This document shows, piece after piece, positions 24,350 through 37,442 of a stretch of DNA of 64,000 nucleotides (positions are counted from its first letter, which is position 1; each line of letters opens with the position of its first letter). Location of the stretch: assembly GCA_003693705.1 (NCBI GenBank), contig RBZT01000721.1:65313-129312 (forward strand), in the 5' to 3' direction. The notes under the pieces were generated by a model that was not told where the DNA came from, ran no database searches, and saw nothing but the letters and a program-made list of their open reading frames with translations. Source of the DNA: Polymyxa betae A26-41 (Eukaryota > Protista > Endomyxa: Phytomyxea). The position numbers were made by a program, and so were the translations under genes.

Positions 24350-24677
24350 GGCGAAAGGGGAGAGGGCGTCACTAAGAACATGAACTGACTTGAGACATGG
24401 CTGCTACCACATGACTTGTAACGTGGCCACAGTCATGATGTGGGGTCTGTGTAATCTGTATTGCTGATGACGTAGTATAGTCTCACATTTGAGCTTTACA
24501 GTCGCTTAAGCAGGGGCGAAAGGGAAGAGGGCGTCAATATGAACATGAGTGACATGCGACATGGCTGCTACCACATGACTTGTAACGTGGCCACAGTCAT
24601 GATGTGGGGTCTGTGTAATCTGTATTGCTGATGACTGAGGCAGTATAGTCTCTCATTTGAGCTTTACAGTCGCTTAG
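24350..24677. repeat. Two-copy ~165-bp tandem direct repeat with an internal hairpin
   Basis: Copies start at 24350 and 24515. The core gacatggctgctaccacatgacttgtaacgtggccacagtcatgatgtggggtctgtgtaatctgtattgctgatgac is identical in both. Confidence 0.9.
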
Positions 24678-24704
24678 GTCGTCGAGATCGCTTAAGCAGG
24701 TGTG

Positions 24705-25262
24705 ATGGCTTCCAAGGACAGGCGAAAGTTTGGTACAGATCTTACCAATCTCGTCCAAAATCCGAAGGCCAAGAAGCGGCTCAGTGAGTGATGCCTGTGA
24801 CTTCGTCGTGGATTTACTGATGATGTGATTTAGCTAGGAAAGCAAGCCAAGTGAAAGACGCTGAAGACATTACGTCATCTAGGCCGAGTCCGAAATCTAG
24901 CCTTGCAAAAAGAATCGCAGCCAAGTTGAAAAAGCCTGCTGGAAGCGCACGTGATAGTCGTAAGCACCTCTCATTGGATGCCAATATCACTGCTGAATAT
25001 AATATTAGATCACAGTGCCAATCGTTTAGTTCAGCTGAGCTTGGACGACGCCAGGCCGACAAATCGAAATGTTCAGCCTTCGTCCAAGAACCAAGCGGAA
25101 TTGCCCTATGTGAAAATTCGAACCTATTCGAAGAAGCCGGGAAAGCAATGGGCGTATGTAGAAAGCTCGAACAAGCATGTATCGTTCGTAAACGAGCCTC
25201 TTGATATTGAAGCATGGCTGAACAAGGACAAGGAGAACAAAAGACGTAGCAAGAAATTGTAA
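24705..25262 (+). CDS. Small basic hypothetical protein with a D-box-like N-terminus
   Basis: ATG 24705 MASKDRRKFGTDLTNLVQNPKAKKRL; introns with gtgagt (~24784) and gtaagc (~24960) donors join the ORF pieces to the stop at 25262. Confidence 0.5.
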
Positions 25263-25639
25263 AGTGTATTACACTCTCGATCTATTCTGGCACATGGGAT
25301 CGTAACGTCTGAGGAAGTGACATCTGATTGCTTTAAGCGATGCCCATTCGATTCGGACAAGCACTTGGCATTTCAGTCGTAGAACGCAAATCAAATATTT
25401 AGATCAAGAGTTTACTGTTGTCAAATACCGCTGTTGTATTGACATAGTCTGCAGTTCAAACCTCTGTTTGCCGAGCACCCGAGCACATTACCATTCAAAC
25501 TAACGCAAAATCATCAGTAACAATTTTAGTTGTTATTCACATAATCGCCATGAGCGAAAGACAGTAGGTAGGCTGATTGCGAAATCGTATAGTAGTACTA
25601 GTAGGTGAGCGATCCGCTGAGGAATTGGGGAGTTCTCTC

Positions 25640-26400
25640 CCCCTCCATACAGTTAAATCCCTCTTTTTTCTCAAAAAGAAACTCCCAAAAAATCCCCAAA
25701 AAATCCAAAAAACCCCACACCGATATAAAAAATCGATTCTCAAAAATATCATAAAAACTATTTAAAAATAAAACCTAAAATAACCCAATGATAATCACCA
25801 ATAAACCGATTTATCAAACCCAGATATTCAGCGAATAATTCAGAAATCAAAGTATAAATGTCTCCAATGTAATTTTCACTCGTGGCACAAACGCAGTTGA
25901 AAATTTCATCTTCAAACAGAAAACCATAAAATCAATAGCGACCCAGAAACCAAATTAAAACACGAATTACGATTGACTTGCCAAAAATGTAATTATACAG
26001 CAAGAGACAATTGCGGTTTCCAGCGACATTTATTCACAAGAAAACACAATAATAACCCCAAACTGATATAAAAAATTCATTCATCATTGATATCACCAAA
26101 AAAAAAAACACAAACCTTCTGAACCCAGAATTGAAACCCAGACCAAACGCAGAACAAACCCAATACAATACCAATCATGCGTCATATCACGTTCCCCATC
26201 TGAATCAACAAATTATCACCTTTCGCTACATCCCCAGTTGAATCATCATTTAAACCAGCATCATCATCATCGGCATCCAATCGTCGTCTCTAATAAAAAT
26301 TATAATGGTTAGAGATATAACATTCAAATACTATATTGTGTACAGGCCACGTTCGTTTATTACTGCAACAAACCAACGCTCTTGAAAAAAATGCAACTAC
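25640..26400. other. Strongly G-depleted (+ strand) degenerate tract, probably a hypermutated TE remnant
   Basis: Only 3 G in 25681-25800; A/C homopolymer runs; minus strand is T/G-rich with broken coding-like stretches. Confidence 0.6.
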
Positions 26401-26679
26401 AGGCTCTATAAAACCGATTATCAGAATATATGTTCAATCTAATCGATAGAATAACCTTTATAGTGAAGCTTGAACTGAGGGAACTGCAGAGTCTGCAACA
26501 CGAACGGCAAACTGCCTTTATGAGTCAAGGCATAAGACATGGCGATCTTCGCCCTCTACCAGCATGTAGTTGTTGGCGAAAGTGATTATCGCCCGTCCAC
26601 CATATAGATAGGTACGGGTGTGCTTCCGGGTAAGCAGATTAGGCGGTACCCATCAGGCCACTCAATCCTCTCGCTCAGC

Positions 26680-27245
26680 ACATCGAGACAGGCGGCTGTT
26701 CGCGTTGGTTGCGACGGAGTTGCTATCTGGACTCGGCGAACGTGTACTTGGACTGAACGTCGCGGTACAGAAGCTGGCGCGCAGATGGGTCGTCGTCAAA
26801 GAGCTTGAAGAACGCTGTCAGCTTCGTGTCCGGATGGCCGTTCTGAACCAGACGTCGGAGCGACTCTGGATTGTCGGGGTCGAACGAAACGCGTTGCTGT
26901 CCATCAAGGTGAACAGGGAGGCGATCGACACTTGGGCTGTGCCATCGCATCTTGAAACTCAGCAGTCGGTACACGGCCTCGATGACCGAGACATAGCGCG
27001 CGTTGATAAAGTCGTCAATCTCACTGACGACCTGCTCTCCATCGGCGACTATGGCGGACCCTCGCACGCGATTGCTCGCAGGATAAGGAGTGTCGAACCG
27101 GTGGCCCAGGTCGATGCCGAACGTCGCCATGTCGTGGCCCTTGTGCACATACTTGAACAGGTACTTGACCGAGCTCAGTGAGAAACAGCACTCGACATTA
27201 ACGTGCGTGTCTTCTGTCCGGGATAACCAAGGACTGTATGTACGT
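26680..27245 (-). mobile_element. Helitron Rep/helicase fragment (degenerate)
   Basis: YSPWLS...HVNVECC...SVKYLFKYVHKGHD...EIDDFINARYVS..EAVYRLLSF......PSVDRLPVHL..QQRV...TKLTAFF......ARQLLYRD; in-frame stop at 26723. Confidence 0.88.
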
Positions 27246-27247
27246 GA

Positions 27248-27483
27248 TGTTGGACCTGGGTGGCTGGAACGAACGCCCGTCGTCCCGCCTGCGGTAACTC
27301 GGGAACGAACCCTCGTGGATACAGCTTTGCCTATATCGGACTGAAGGTTCAACGTGCGTTTTTAGTAACCTCGTTCGTCTCGTCTCGTCTTCTAGCATCC
27401 TTCTCTTCTATCTCTCCCTTTCAATTATCCCTTATCTTCTCTTTATTTCTTATCTATCTCTTTGCTTGCGTTAGTTCATAACA
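27248..27483. mobile_element. Possible LTR-like segment truncating the Helitron
   Basis: TGTT...AACA ends and a pyrimidine-rich interior; begins exactly where Helitron similarity stops; no TSD seen. Confidence 0.3.
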
Positions 27484-27590
27484 TCAAGCAATGGGGAAGG
27501 AACCGTACTTGAGCTGCCAGATTGATATACAAAGTGAGCCCACTTTTTATTTGTATTTAGATGATGCAATCCTCTTCAATATGTCTTTAT

Positions 27591-28484
27591 CTATTTGCTT
27601 CTCATTGGCCTAGGTGTCGTTGCACCAGAAAACCTGTCAGCATTGCGAGATCTCTCGTGGTCTTGCAAGGCCGCTGTTTCGAAGGATGTTCTGCATCCGC
27701 TGCCATTCTCTGATTGATCGCGTGAACAGATTGAAATCGACGCTAGAGTGTGTCCTAAAGCTGAACGTAACACGACCGCCATAGTTTCTGGCAGGCCTTT
27801 TAACATGCTGGGAATGACATCCCGCTCGATCCAGTGTCATAATCGGTGCCCCGCCGCAGCGGACCAGTAGCAGTAGGAGTTCACCTCGATAGTTTATCTA
27901 ACCAGTGTGTGACTGGAATCTGCTGATAAAGAAAGCCCTGGAAGGACGAACTGATCTTCAGTTCGTTCAACACACGCTTGAACCGAATCTTGTCTTGCAT
28001 TCGTAACCTTCCCTTGTCCCTGTCTCAAGTCTTAGTCCCCGTCCCTGCGCTTCCATCTATCCCTATCTATTGGTCGCTCGGTTCTTGACATCCAGACGAT
28101 GACATACGCCCGACAGCTTTCTATCGAGGTCAGAGATAGCAGCTGATCTGAAACTGGCTTCAGCTGAGTCAACGGCTTTTGACAATATTGTGCCAGCATC
28201 CAGAACTTAGCAGCAAGGCCTACATTGCCTGTAGGCTGGAACCACCCTTCTTCTATTAGTAGACGCCCCAAAGTTATCAGTCTGGAACGAATACTTTCTT
28301 GATCCGGTGCAGATAGGACCCATAGCACGAAGAATCCAACGTCCTCATCTATCACTCCACCGAAGCGTGATGGTCTAGATTCGAGAACCTGTTCAGGTTC
28401 TAGAGCAGCAAAGGTCAGAGGCTTCAGAGCTTGGATCAAAACGGAAAACAGTGAGATCCATTGCTGGATGCGGTCTTCCATCAT
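27591..28484 (-). pseudogene. Hypothetical gene interrupted by a solo LTR
   Basis: Removing 27835-28090 plus one TSD copy fuses ...AYVIVW to IERDVIPSMLKGLPET... into one continuous frame. Confidence 0.55.
27835..28090 (-). mobile_element. Solo LTR (256 bp) with 5-bp TSD
   Basis: TGTCA...TGACA ends; TCCAG at 27830-27834 and 28091-28095; homologous to the element at 58709-58956. Confidence 0.87.
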
Positions 28485-28587
28485 GAGAACGAATTTCCGC
28501 CTGGTGAGAAATGATCCGAGAAGCGCAAAGTCTCGTTGCACTGATTTATTTGCAGGTCACCCCGAAGACGAATGTACCTGATCGAGC

Positions 28588-28610
28588 GGCGGTATATATT
28601 ATATACCGCC
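28588..28610. repeat. Perfect 11-bp-arm inverted repeat
   Basis: ggcggtatata-t-tatataccgcc. Confidence 0.85.
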
Positions 28611-29606
28611 AAAAAGCCTGATTTTTAGACAATCATAACGACTAATCTAATAAATTGATGACACTGAAATTTTGCACCAATATTTTTTATGAGATATTTT
28701 AGCCATGGCCAATTTACCTGGCATTCATTGCTAAGGTGCCTCTAATTACTAAAGTGCGTTGGCTGATTCTGACGTAATTGCTGACCTGGACTCTTTTTTC
28801 ATTGATGACTTGGCTGGGGATGAATAGGTTGATCGGGGTATGCTTCTGAGACCAAAATGGACCTTCATGAAATTTTCTCTATCCAGCGGCGCCGCGTACA
28901 AATGTGCGTGGGTAAATTGAGCTAAAATGGTCATTATCAACAGAGTTTCTAATAGCAACCCTAAACATTTTTTGTGCGACTTTTGGTATACCTCGATAGG
29001 AAATTTCCTGTTCTTCATTCTGTTGTTAGAAAATTTCTCCGTAAACCCAATATTTTTCGAATTACGCTCAAAAATTCGTTGTGGTATAGAGTAAATATAC
29101 CAGCACGGAGTCCGATCAGGGTTAACATAGAGGAAAATGACTTGCGTATTCTATTAGGAGAGGCTTTGAGCAATGATTTAGGAACGCAAGTCCAGGCGAT
29201 CATGTACGATTAGAAGTTTTCCTGTCATTTCTATGTACAGAGAATTGTTGTTAATCAAGCAATTCATCAAAAATGCAACATTGGATAAGTGTTTGCTTCC
29301 ATTGCGGTTGACATTCTGAATTGGTTCTCTGCGCGTTGGGATACTGGTCAAGATCTAGGCATCACGAAGTTATCAATGCAATGTATTAGGGAGGCGGTGC
29401 CTGATTGTTTAACTTATTGGAATTACTATAAAATGGTTTCTTAGATATCACCAAACATAAAAACATCTGAAATTTGGTTACGTTTGAAACTAGGCGAAAA
29501 TAATCGAAAAGTTTTCCGTGTTTATTTCAGACCCCATAGAACGGTATCCGACACATCGAGAGAAACAGGTTGGTGGCATTTCTCGTCGTTGATACAAGCT
29601 ATCAAT

Positions 29607-30375
<769 letters not shown>

Positions 30376-30428
30376 ATCGAGTTTTGTCGTATGGCTTTAA
30401 TACAAAACCTTGTGAGCAGGCTTTATTT

Positions 30429-30891
30429 CTAATCGGAACTGTCCTGGGCGCTGGCTGGCGTACGCCTTCTTCTCATCCTTCTTGCTGAATCTGGAACATT
30501 ACTGACCGGCTGCAGAGCAGCTTCTTGTAATCGGGTCGCTCGCTTGCTAAATCGAGCTGCGGCCGGCGTCGAGCTTAGCGCTTGTTTCTTACTTGCAGGC
30601 GATGATCCTGATTTCGCATCCGCATGTCTAAAAAGAACAGTTAAAAATCAGTTCAAAAGAAAGAAAAAAGACGAACCGCTTTAGGGCGGATCGTTCGAGC
30701 TCCTTCTCGCGACGAATCTTTAAAGAGCGGACGAGCATGTGAGTGGCGTCGGTCTCGACGAGAACCGGCGGTTCGTCGCTGATCTGGATCTGTTTAGGAC
30801 AATGGTTGATGAGGAGGACGGCGGGTCCATGGACGCCGCCTGATAGCAGCAGACCAGATGATGGCAGATCGCTGAGCATGGACCGTGACAT
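30429..30891 (-). CDS. DDA1-like (DET1/DDB1-associated) small protein
   Basis: N-terminal MLSDLPS and VLVETDATHMLVRSL..RREK resemble the two conserved DDA1 blocks; two exons. Confidence 0.5.
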
Positions 30892-32323
30892 GATGTGATA
30901 GAGAGAGAGGGAATGATCTGACCCGAAGGTCTTGCCGACTTCACTTCCTCGGCAAACTACAAATGTCGCCGCACACAGCATTAGGCGAATTCGGATCTAA
31001 AGCAGGCAAGATATCTTGTGTCGTTTAAATCCGATTAATAATCGATATTGAAACAGTAAGCGGTTTTTAGGTTCGCAAGTAAAGCAAAGGATGGTTCGGG
31101 CTGGCGAATTGCTAACGTGTTGATAATTCGCTGATGTTGAGGCTTTCAATATAATCGATGGTTGCTGTTTGCCAAACCATGTCAAGGACTCTATTTCAGC
31201 CGAAAATAAAAACGCGTCAGAGCATTCCGGTTTTCTGGTGCGCGGGCATCAAGCCAGATCAACAGCGATCTGTCTCCACGAAGTTTTTTGGATTTAATCA
31301 CAGCCTGAAAGTCGGCGAAAACTGAGGACGGCATTCCTCCTCATTCTGCAGAGATGATGAAGAGTTGGGCCGCTTTTTGAAGGCAAATCGCTGCTCCTCT
31401 TGACCACTTCGTCGAGCAAACCCTATCAAAATGGGATTGCAGAAAAATATGAAGACTGGGTAAGCAATCAGCATGGAGCAGCGCTTGTCGAATAAACGCT
31501 TGTATTGATACCTTGATGAGCACAGCGCGCGCTGTCATTCTTTCGCTTTCTGAAGACCCCAATTCATCAAACAATATGTTTGATAATAAAAAGCACTGAC
31601 AGATTCTAAGTGACCTGAATTGCAATGATAACGTACACAGAAGCCGTTGCGCACCTCGTTTCGTTTTGCAATACAATGACAATTAGCATTGTCTTTTCCG
31701 GAAACTATCAAGCAAGATTGCTAACGAATCTGCAGACTGCTAAGCGAATTGCACTTTTGAACAGGGAATATCATTAGAGCTTGCAAAAACTGTTTGGTCG
31801 AACATAGATCATCTCCGAGACTGTCCTGAGGGATCTTCTCTCCAGTTTCTGTTGGGATCCAGCCGCTCAGAAAGCAAGCTGTATGGACCGGCAGCTTCTC
31901 ATCGTCACAACAATTGGCGCTCTCTCTTTACAGAAATTTCTAAATAGATATGTCTACTAAATATCTATACTCATTGAAATGTTTCAAGAGCGAAGGTGTA
32001 AAATTTCTCAGAAGTTAAGGAATTATTGGCTGCAAAAATCTTGCCTTTACCAAAACTGCACGGTTAGAATACGGCCAAGGAATCCAAAAGACTTTACGAA
32101 CAATCAATTTGAATTCACTTATACACTTATTAGAATGGGTATAAAAACAGCAAGGGATTTCTTCATCATGTCTGAAAATGGAAACAGCAAGAGGTGATTC
32201 AGTATTGACAAGACAGAGGATAAACCAAAAGGCGAGACAGTCAAGCTTTCTATCTCAGTTGGATTTTCAAAATTGTTTTGTAATTCCGCACCAAAGCGCA
32301 TCGCACCTATCAGTCTTTCCAGC

Positions 32324-32647
32324 ATGTCAACGACGCTGGCAAAGGGCGCTCTGCTCAGCATTGACGCCCTGCGTCGCAATCTCGTCAACGAGGCTCGTAA
32401 AAAGATCTTCGGCACTGTGATTTCGGTGGACAATACACGTACCGGGCGCAAGCAGCTTCGTGCTGCTTTGAAAGGTCCTGGAGCTGCAGGCCACTACCCA
32501 TTTCTGTACCATCATGGGTTCGACAAGCTCTACGAAGATGAAGCCGCGTTACGCCGACTGACGAAACTGGAAGCATTACGAAAACGAGGCAAAGGTCCAC
32601 CCAAGAAAGGCCAAGGACGACGGTCGTCGAAGTCGAAGAAGAAATAG
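32324..32647 (+). CDS. MRPS33: Mitochondrial ribosomal small-subunit protein mS33 (Rsm27)
   Basis: KIFG......RTGRKQLRAALKG......YP...RLTKLEALRKRGKGPPKKGQGRRS. Confidence 0.85.
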   Translation: MSTTLAKGALLSIDALRRNLVNEARKKIFGTVISVDNTRTGRKQLRAALKGPGAAGHYPFLYHHGFDKLYEDEAALRRLTKLEALRKRGKGPPKKGQGRRSSKSKKK

Positions 32648-32877
32648 TCGTATGAATAGCACTCTCATTGTCGAACAACCAGTGTATGTTTGTCCCTGCT
32701 TCAGTATCTCGCTCTCTCTACTTCCTATGTAGCATGTTGGGTCTGTCCTCTTAGACTGTCTAATGGGCCGTCATCAGTCGATTTTCGTTACACAATAAGG
32801 GGTGAACACTGCAGCAAAGTCATGAGGGTGTTTTCTTTGTATAATCACAAAGTTTTTTGTCCTCTGTTCGAGGAGCA

Positions 32878-35800
32878 ATGGATAGGCTACTAGCTACACC
32901 CATGACGATCAGCGTCCAGGAGAGCCTTTACCAGGTTCCTGTAAATGAATCTCCCATCTCACATGGTAGGACTCCGATACCTCTGCGTCCGGTTGGGAGG
33001 CCTCAGGCTAGATTTGCAACGCCTGCCCCTTTTGCCCCAGCTGCTTGGACTGCTTCAAACAGCGGCAGCCTTGGTAAAAGGCGTCGAGCAACACCTGCAC
33101 TGAACGGCTCTGCTTTGAGACTAAAGAAGCCTGTAATCGCTCAACAAGCGCCACGAAAGACGTTCAACACATCTACGCCAGCGCCGAGAAGCGCTTTTGC
33201 AGCTGCGCTAATCGAATCAAGAAACAAGCGGCAAGTAATGCTTTTACAATCTGAAATCTTAGCCCCAGTACCCTAATCATGTCGACTCAAAGGTTGGCAT
33301 TGCGATCATGAATTTGAGATCCCCTGAACTTGATCTTTACACACTTGCCGATAACCCTACGTATTCCAGTACCCTAAGGCTCATGCATCTGTATGATCCA
33401 GTTGAAGTAAGCAAGCTGGATTCTTCTGTCAAATCCCTTATTTCGTAGATTCTCATGTCGGACACTTCTGTTGGTTCGAATTTACATACAATTTTGAGTA
33501 CGGTCCTATTGCTTGGAGATGAGATAAACTAACTGACAATGTTTCAGACAAGGAACTTGAATTCTCGAGAATTACAGTGTGTGAGTATCTTCGTTTAACA
33601 TGTACGCTTCTGACTGTTCGAAGATCAAAGAAAATACTTCAGTGAAGATCAAGGGCAACTCGCCCTGGAACAAAAGGCCACCAAGGATAGTTTAAAGCAA
33701 CTAACTTTCGACCCGGCCTTGTAAATCGACTCGGCTACGTTCCTACAATTATTTAATGCCTGGTTGCAGATTCCTTTGCCTTGCTGCAAGCAACTGCTTG
33801 ATGAAATGGGTAACGTTCGAGCAGTCAGAGAGGTTTGCTCCTAATTCCATCAAGGTTAACATTTGGAAGCCACTCTTTCCTGCTAAATGCATTTCAGGTT
33901 ACTCAAAAAACTTTGGACGGCCATATGGCCCTAAGTATGTCGGTCATCAAGAATCTCGAAATCCTCTATAATGCTGTTGACCCCAAATCCAAAAAGGGTT
34001 CGCTTTTATCGACGATGAATCTGTGCAAGACCCCTCTGGGGGGTAAGATGATGATTCGTGCTAATTGTAGTCTAACTGAAATTAGAACGACTTCTTCGTT
34101 CTAATTTAATGCAGCCACTAACCCGCATATCTGCTATTAACGACCGGCTGGACGCTGTGGAAGAACTTCTGCAAAATGAGGACATCTTTTTCAGCCTAAT
34201 TGAAGCGCTGCCTCATTTCGCTTCTCTCGATTTAGTAAATAATGGGATTGGTATGATGCTCTTAAAGATTACTTCAAATCCTAACATTCTCAGCAATGGT
34301 GGCGAACGCTCCTAATGAGAAAACTGCCCAGCAATCCATCATCAATCTCGTCAGTGAATGTTGCAATCGTGAAAAAAGCCCACATTTACTATGCTGTATA
34401 GCTTTTGCTCAAGCAGGTTCTCAAGAATATACCTACAATTACGAGTGTGTTACAGAATTGTAAATCTCAAATACTTGCGATGATGGTAAGTCGAATTCCT
34501 TCCAAGCCAAGCCACAGATGAAAGACACTTTTAGGTTCTTTCCCTATCAGATCCTCGATCTGAGTCAATGATTGACGAAATCCACGAAGTTTTATCTGAA
34601 GAATCGGCTATTACTGAAAAAATGCCCGCTCATGTACTCCATACAAAATTGGCATTCGCCGTTAAACCTGATTTGAATGGGCTTCTCGATGTTGGGCGAG
34701 CAACGTATTGCGAGATTATCGAAGCCATTCATGCAGTGAGTTGCTGAAGTTATCATCTTTATCATTCATTCACCGCGTTGTAGGAAATCCAATCTTATAT
34801 CACTGATTTTGATATGCCCAACATAAGAAAACATTTCAACGCCACGAGAGGTTTGTGCGGCGATGGTTCAGTTGTTGTTTGTGATTTAGTTTAGGTTTTT
34901 TTCTATCACTTCCTCTAGCATCAGCTGCAAACCTGCCAGACATATTTATTCAAGTTACTCAACACGGAAAGCGAATCAATTTTTCTACAGCAAACTTAAT
35001 ATCTTTAGACGATCGACGGAAGGAATCTCTATCTGATGTTCTGGTTTTGACAGGTACGATACTCGAAATATGACATTCCCGATCGCAATGGATTTGTTGT
35101 TAGAAAGATGTCTGCAAGAACTATCATTGTCGATCAGGAAGAATGTAGATTGGCTTCTGACCGTAGCAGAAAATATTGCTTTGCTGGATTTACTTCTCAA
35201 TTTTGCAAATTTGGTCACTCAACAACAATCATACGTTCGACCGGTCATCACCCAGGATGGCCCTATTGCGATATCGAAAGGCAGGCATCCAATTAAGGAA
35301 GCTATCAGTAAATTTCCTTTCATTCCGAATGACGTTTACTTAAACGAAACATCGCCCTTACAAATCGTGACGGGACCTAATGGCGCCGGAAGTTGGTACA
35401 ATGCTCTGTTAACTCCAGGTATCTCAAGCGCTTTAGAATCGACATACCTTCGTCAAGTTGGATTGCTGTTGATAATTTGCCACATTGGATCTTTTGTACC
35501 TGCTGCGTACGCCTCTGTTCCAATAATAGATCAGGTAGAATATCATATAAATTGGGCCAATTTGTAAATTTTCGAACAGATTTTCACCCGAATGACACAT
35601 GGCGATAATCTTGAAGGAAACGTTTCTGGATTCTTGCTTGAAGCACAAGAAGCAGCGTTAGTAAAAGCAATGTTCTTGTGCAGTGGCATTCTTATTCTCT
35701 TTTCATAGATTTATAGTTGGCAATACTTCCAGATCAAGTTTGGTGCTAATTGACGAATTCGGTAAGCATCATTCGAAAACCTGGGCTGTTTAACTAAACA

Positions 35801-36542
35801 GTTGTGTTTTAGGACGATCAACTTCAACTGTCGATGGAGTTGGCCTGGCATGGGCTTTGATTGAGGAGTTGGTAAATAGGAAGTCGTACACTTTGTGTGC
35901 AACGCATTTCCACGAATTAACAGACATGGCTTCGCTATACCCACAGATCAAGAATATACAGTTAAAAGTGGCTCTTTTTCGGATCTGATATCCAATGTAT
36001 CTCTGAACTTGTGCAGGTATCCCATTCAAATCGTCGAATGAACTTCTGTTATTCGGTGGCTAATGGCTCTTGCAAAGAGGTATAAAGCTTTGGCGTTGAT
36101 GTCGACCTTGGCATATGAACATTGCAACCAGGTATCGAAGCATTATGGTGTTCAGATAGCTGGTAGCAAGAGTTTGAGGCCATCATCGTTTTCCTGCTTT
36201 GACAACGCTCTTAGAAATGGCTCTGTTTCCTCCATCTACCATCAAATTTGCTCGAGCATTAAGCTCTCAGCTTCGGCGGCAATTCAATATCAATACTCCT
36301 GATTGTCCAAGAACTAGCTGCTTCTACGATGTCATCCAAAAACTGATTTCTCTACGTCATTCCAGTCTTCCAAGGGGGAACCTCGTATTGTAAACTTGTC
36401 CTAAGTTGCAGGATGATTTTTGATAGTCCACAGATATCTACAGCAAATTCGGGAGGATATGTTGCATTTTGACGATGATTCTTCAGGCGAAATCTCAGAA
36501 GATGATGGCGACCATGCATCTGGTCAGCAAGAGGATAGCTGA
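32878..36542 (+). CDS. MSH4: Meiosis-specific MutS homolog 4, many introns
   Basis: No mismatch-binding domain I; RKYFSEDQG, CLAASNCLMKWV, NLEIL, CKTPLG.RLLRSNLMQP, FAVKPDLNGLLDVGR, GRHPI, GPNGAG/KSTYL, DNLEGNVSGF, LIDEFGRST, ATHFHEL. Confidence 0.9.
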
Positions 36543-36547
36543 TAACG

Positions 36548-37020
36548 CTAATGTTTATAATTCAGTATTGTGCAGCAAGCCTGATTTTGTAAATTCGCTA
36601 AAGAGCCATTTATCCTGAAAATCTCATCACTGAAATGTCTCGTTGTGACCGCTTTCATCAAAATGGCGCGCAGGGAGAAACATTGAGAACCAACTTTCGA
36701 TGAAGAGAACATCATAAGAAAATTAGGAAAAACATTAACTTTCTCCAATTCATTTTCAATTTCCATCTTAACCATCTCCTGTTCTCTCTCGGCTTTGCTT
36801 CTCGTATTTTTCGACTTCTTCCTCCATTTCTTCCATTGCCTCATGTATATATTCGTGCATTTTTGTATCTGGCCTTGATTTGGTTGAATATTATTTTCAC
36901 CGCCTTGACGATCAGCGGAATGACGGCGTTGATGATCAGGACCTACGAGACGCGTCCGGGGAATGCATCGTTAGCCTCCATGAAGTGCTATGGTGTGAAC
37001 AAAGTGAAAACAAGAGCGAA
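36548..37020 (-). pseudogene. Decayed ORF (hydrophobic N-terminus, basic coiled coil)
   Basis: The frame of ORF 36548-36844 extends upstream through two in-frame stops into a hydrophobic segment. Confidence 0.3.
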
Positions 37021-37245
37021 GGAATAAGCGAACAATTGGGTTCTATTTAGACTAATCCTGATTCCGTTTCAGTCGATGTTGAGACAGCAGGGAATGCGAC
37101 TTCCTCAAAGAAGGCCCAATTCAGTTCAATCTGGAGCTAATGGCGAGGTTTACAACGTGACATCCAGTGATCGGTCTTGCCGAACGCTGGTCTGAAGCTC
37201 AAACCAGCTACTATCGATAATAGCGATCAGCGATGTGACTTACTA

Positions 37246-37442
37246 TGTTCTGTTATATCGTAATACTATTACATCCCGATGGATAATTACTGCTAATGCT
37301 GCTCTGTGTTGCTCTAATGTAATGTTAGCTTTCTATGGGGCATTTTTTCGTCGTCGCCCCTCTTGCTGTTGAACTCTAAATCCCTTTTCTCTTGACGGAA
37401 TCCGAAATTCCATCCTCAACCCAAGCAGGTTCCTGGAGAACA
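37246..37442. mobile_element. Weak candidate solo LTR or small TE
   Basis: TGTTCT...AGAACA ends with 4-bp flanks acta/atta. Confidence 0.3.

Noticed and set aside
24350-24677. CRISPR-like or C/D snoRNA reading of the tandem repeat
   Set aside because: Eukaryotic context, only two long units and no spacers. The C/D boxes are not properly arranged with a terminal stem.
31070-31950. Coding-like plus-strand stretch
   Set aside because: Multiple stops in all frames and no recognisable family.
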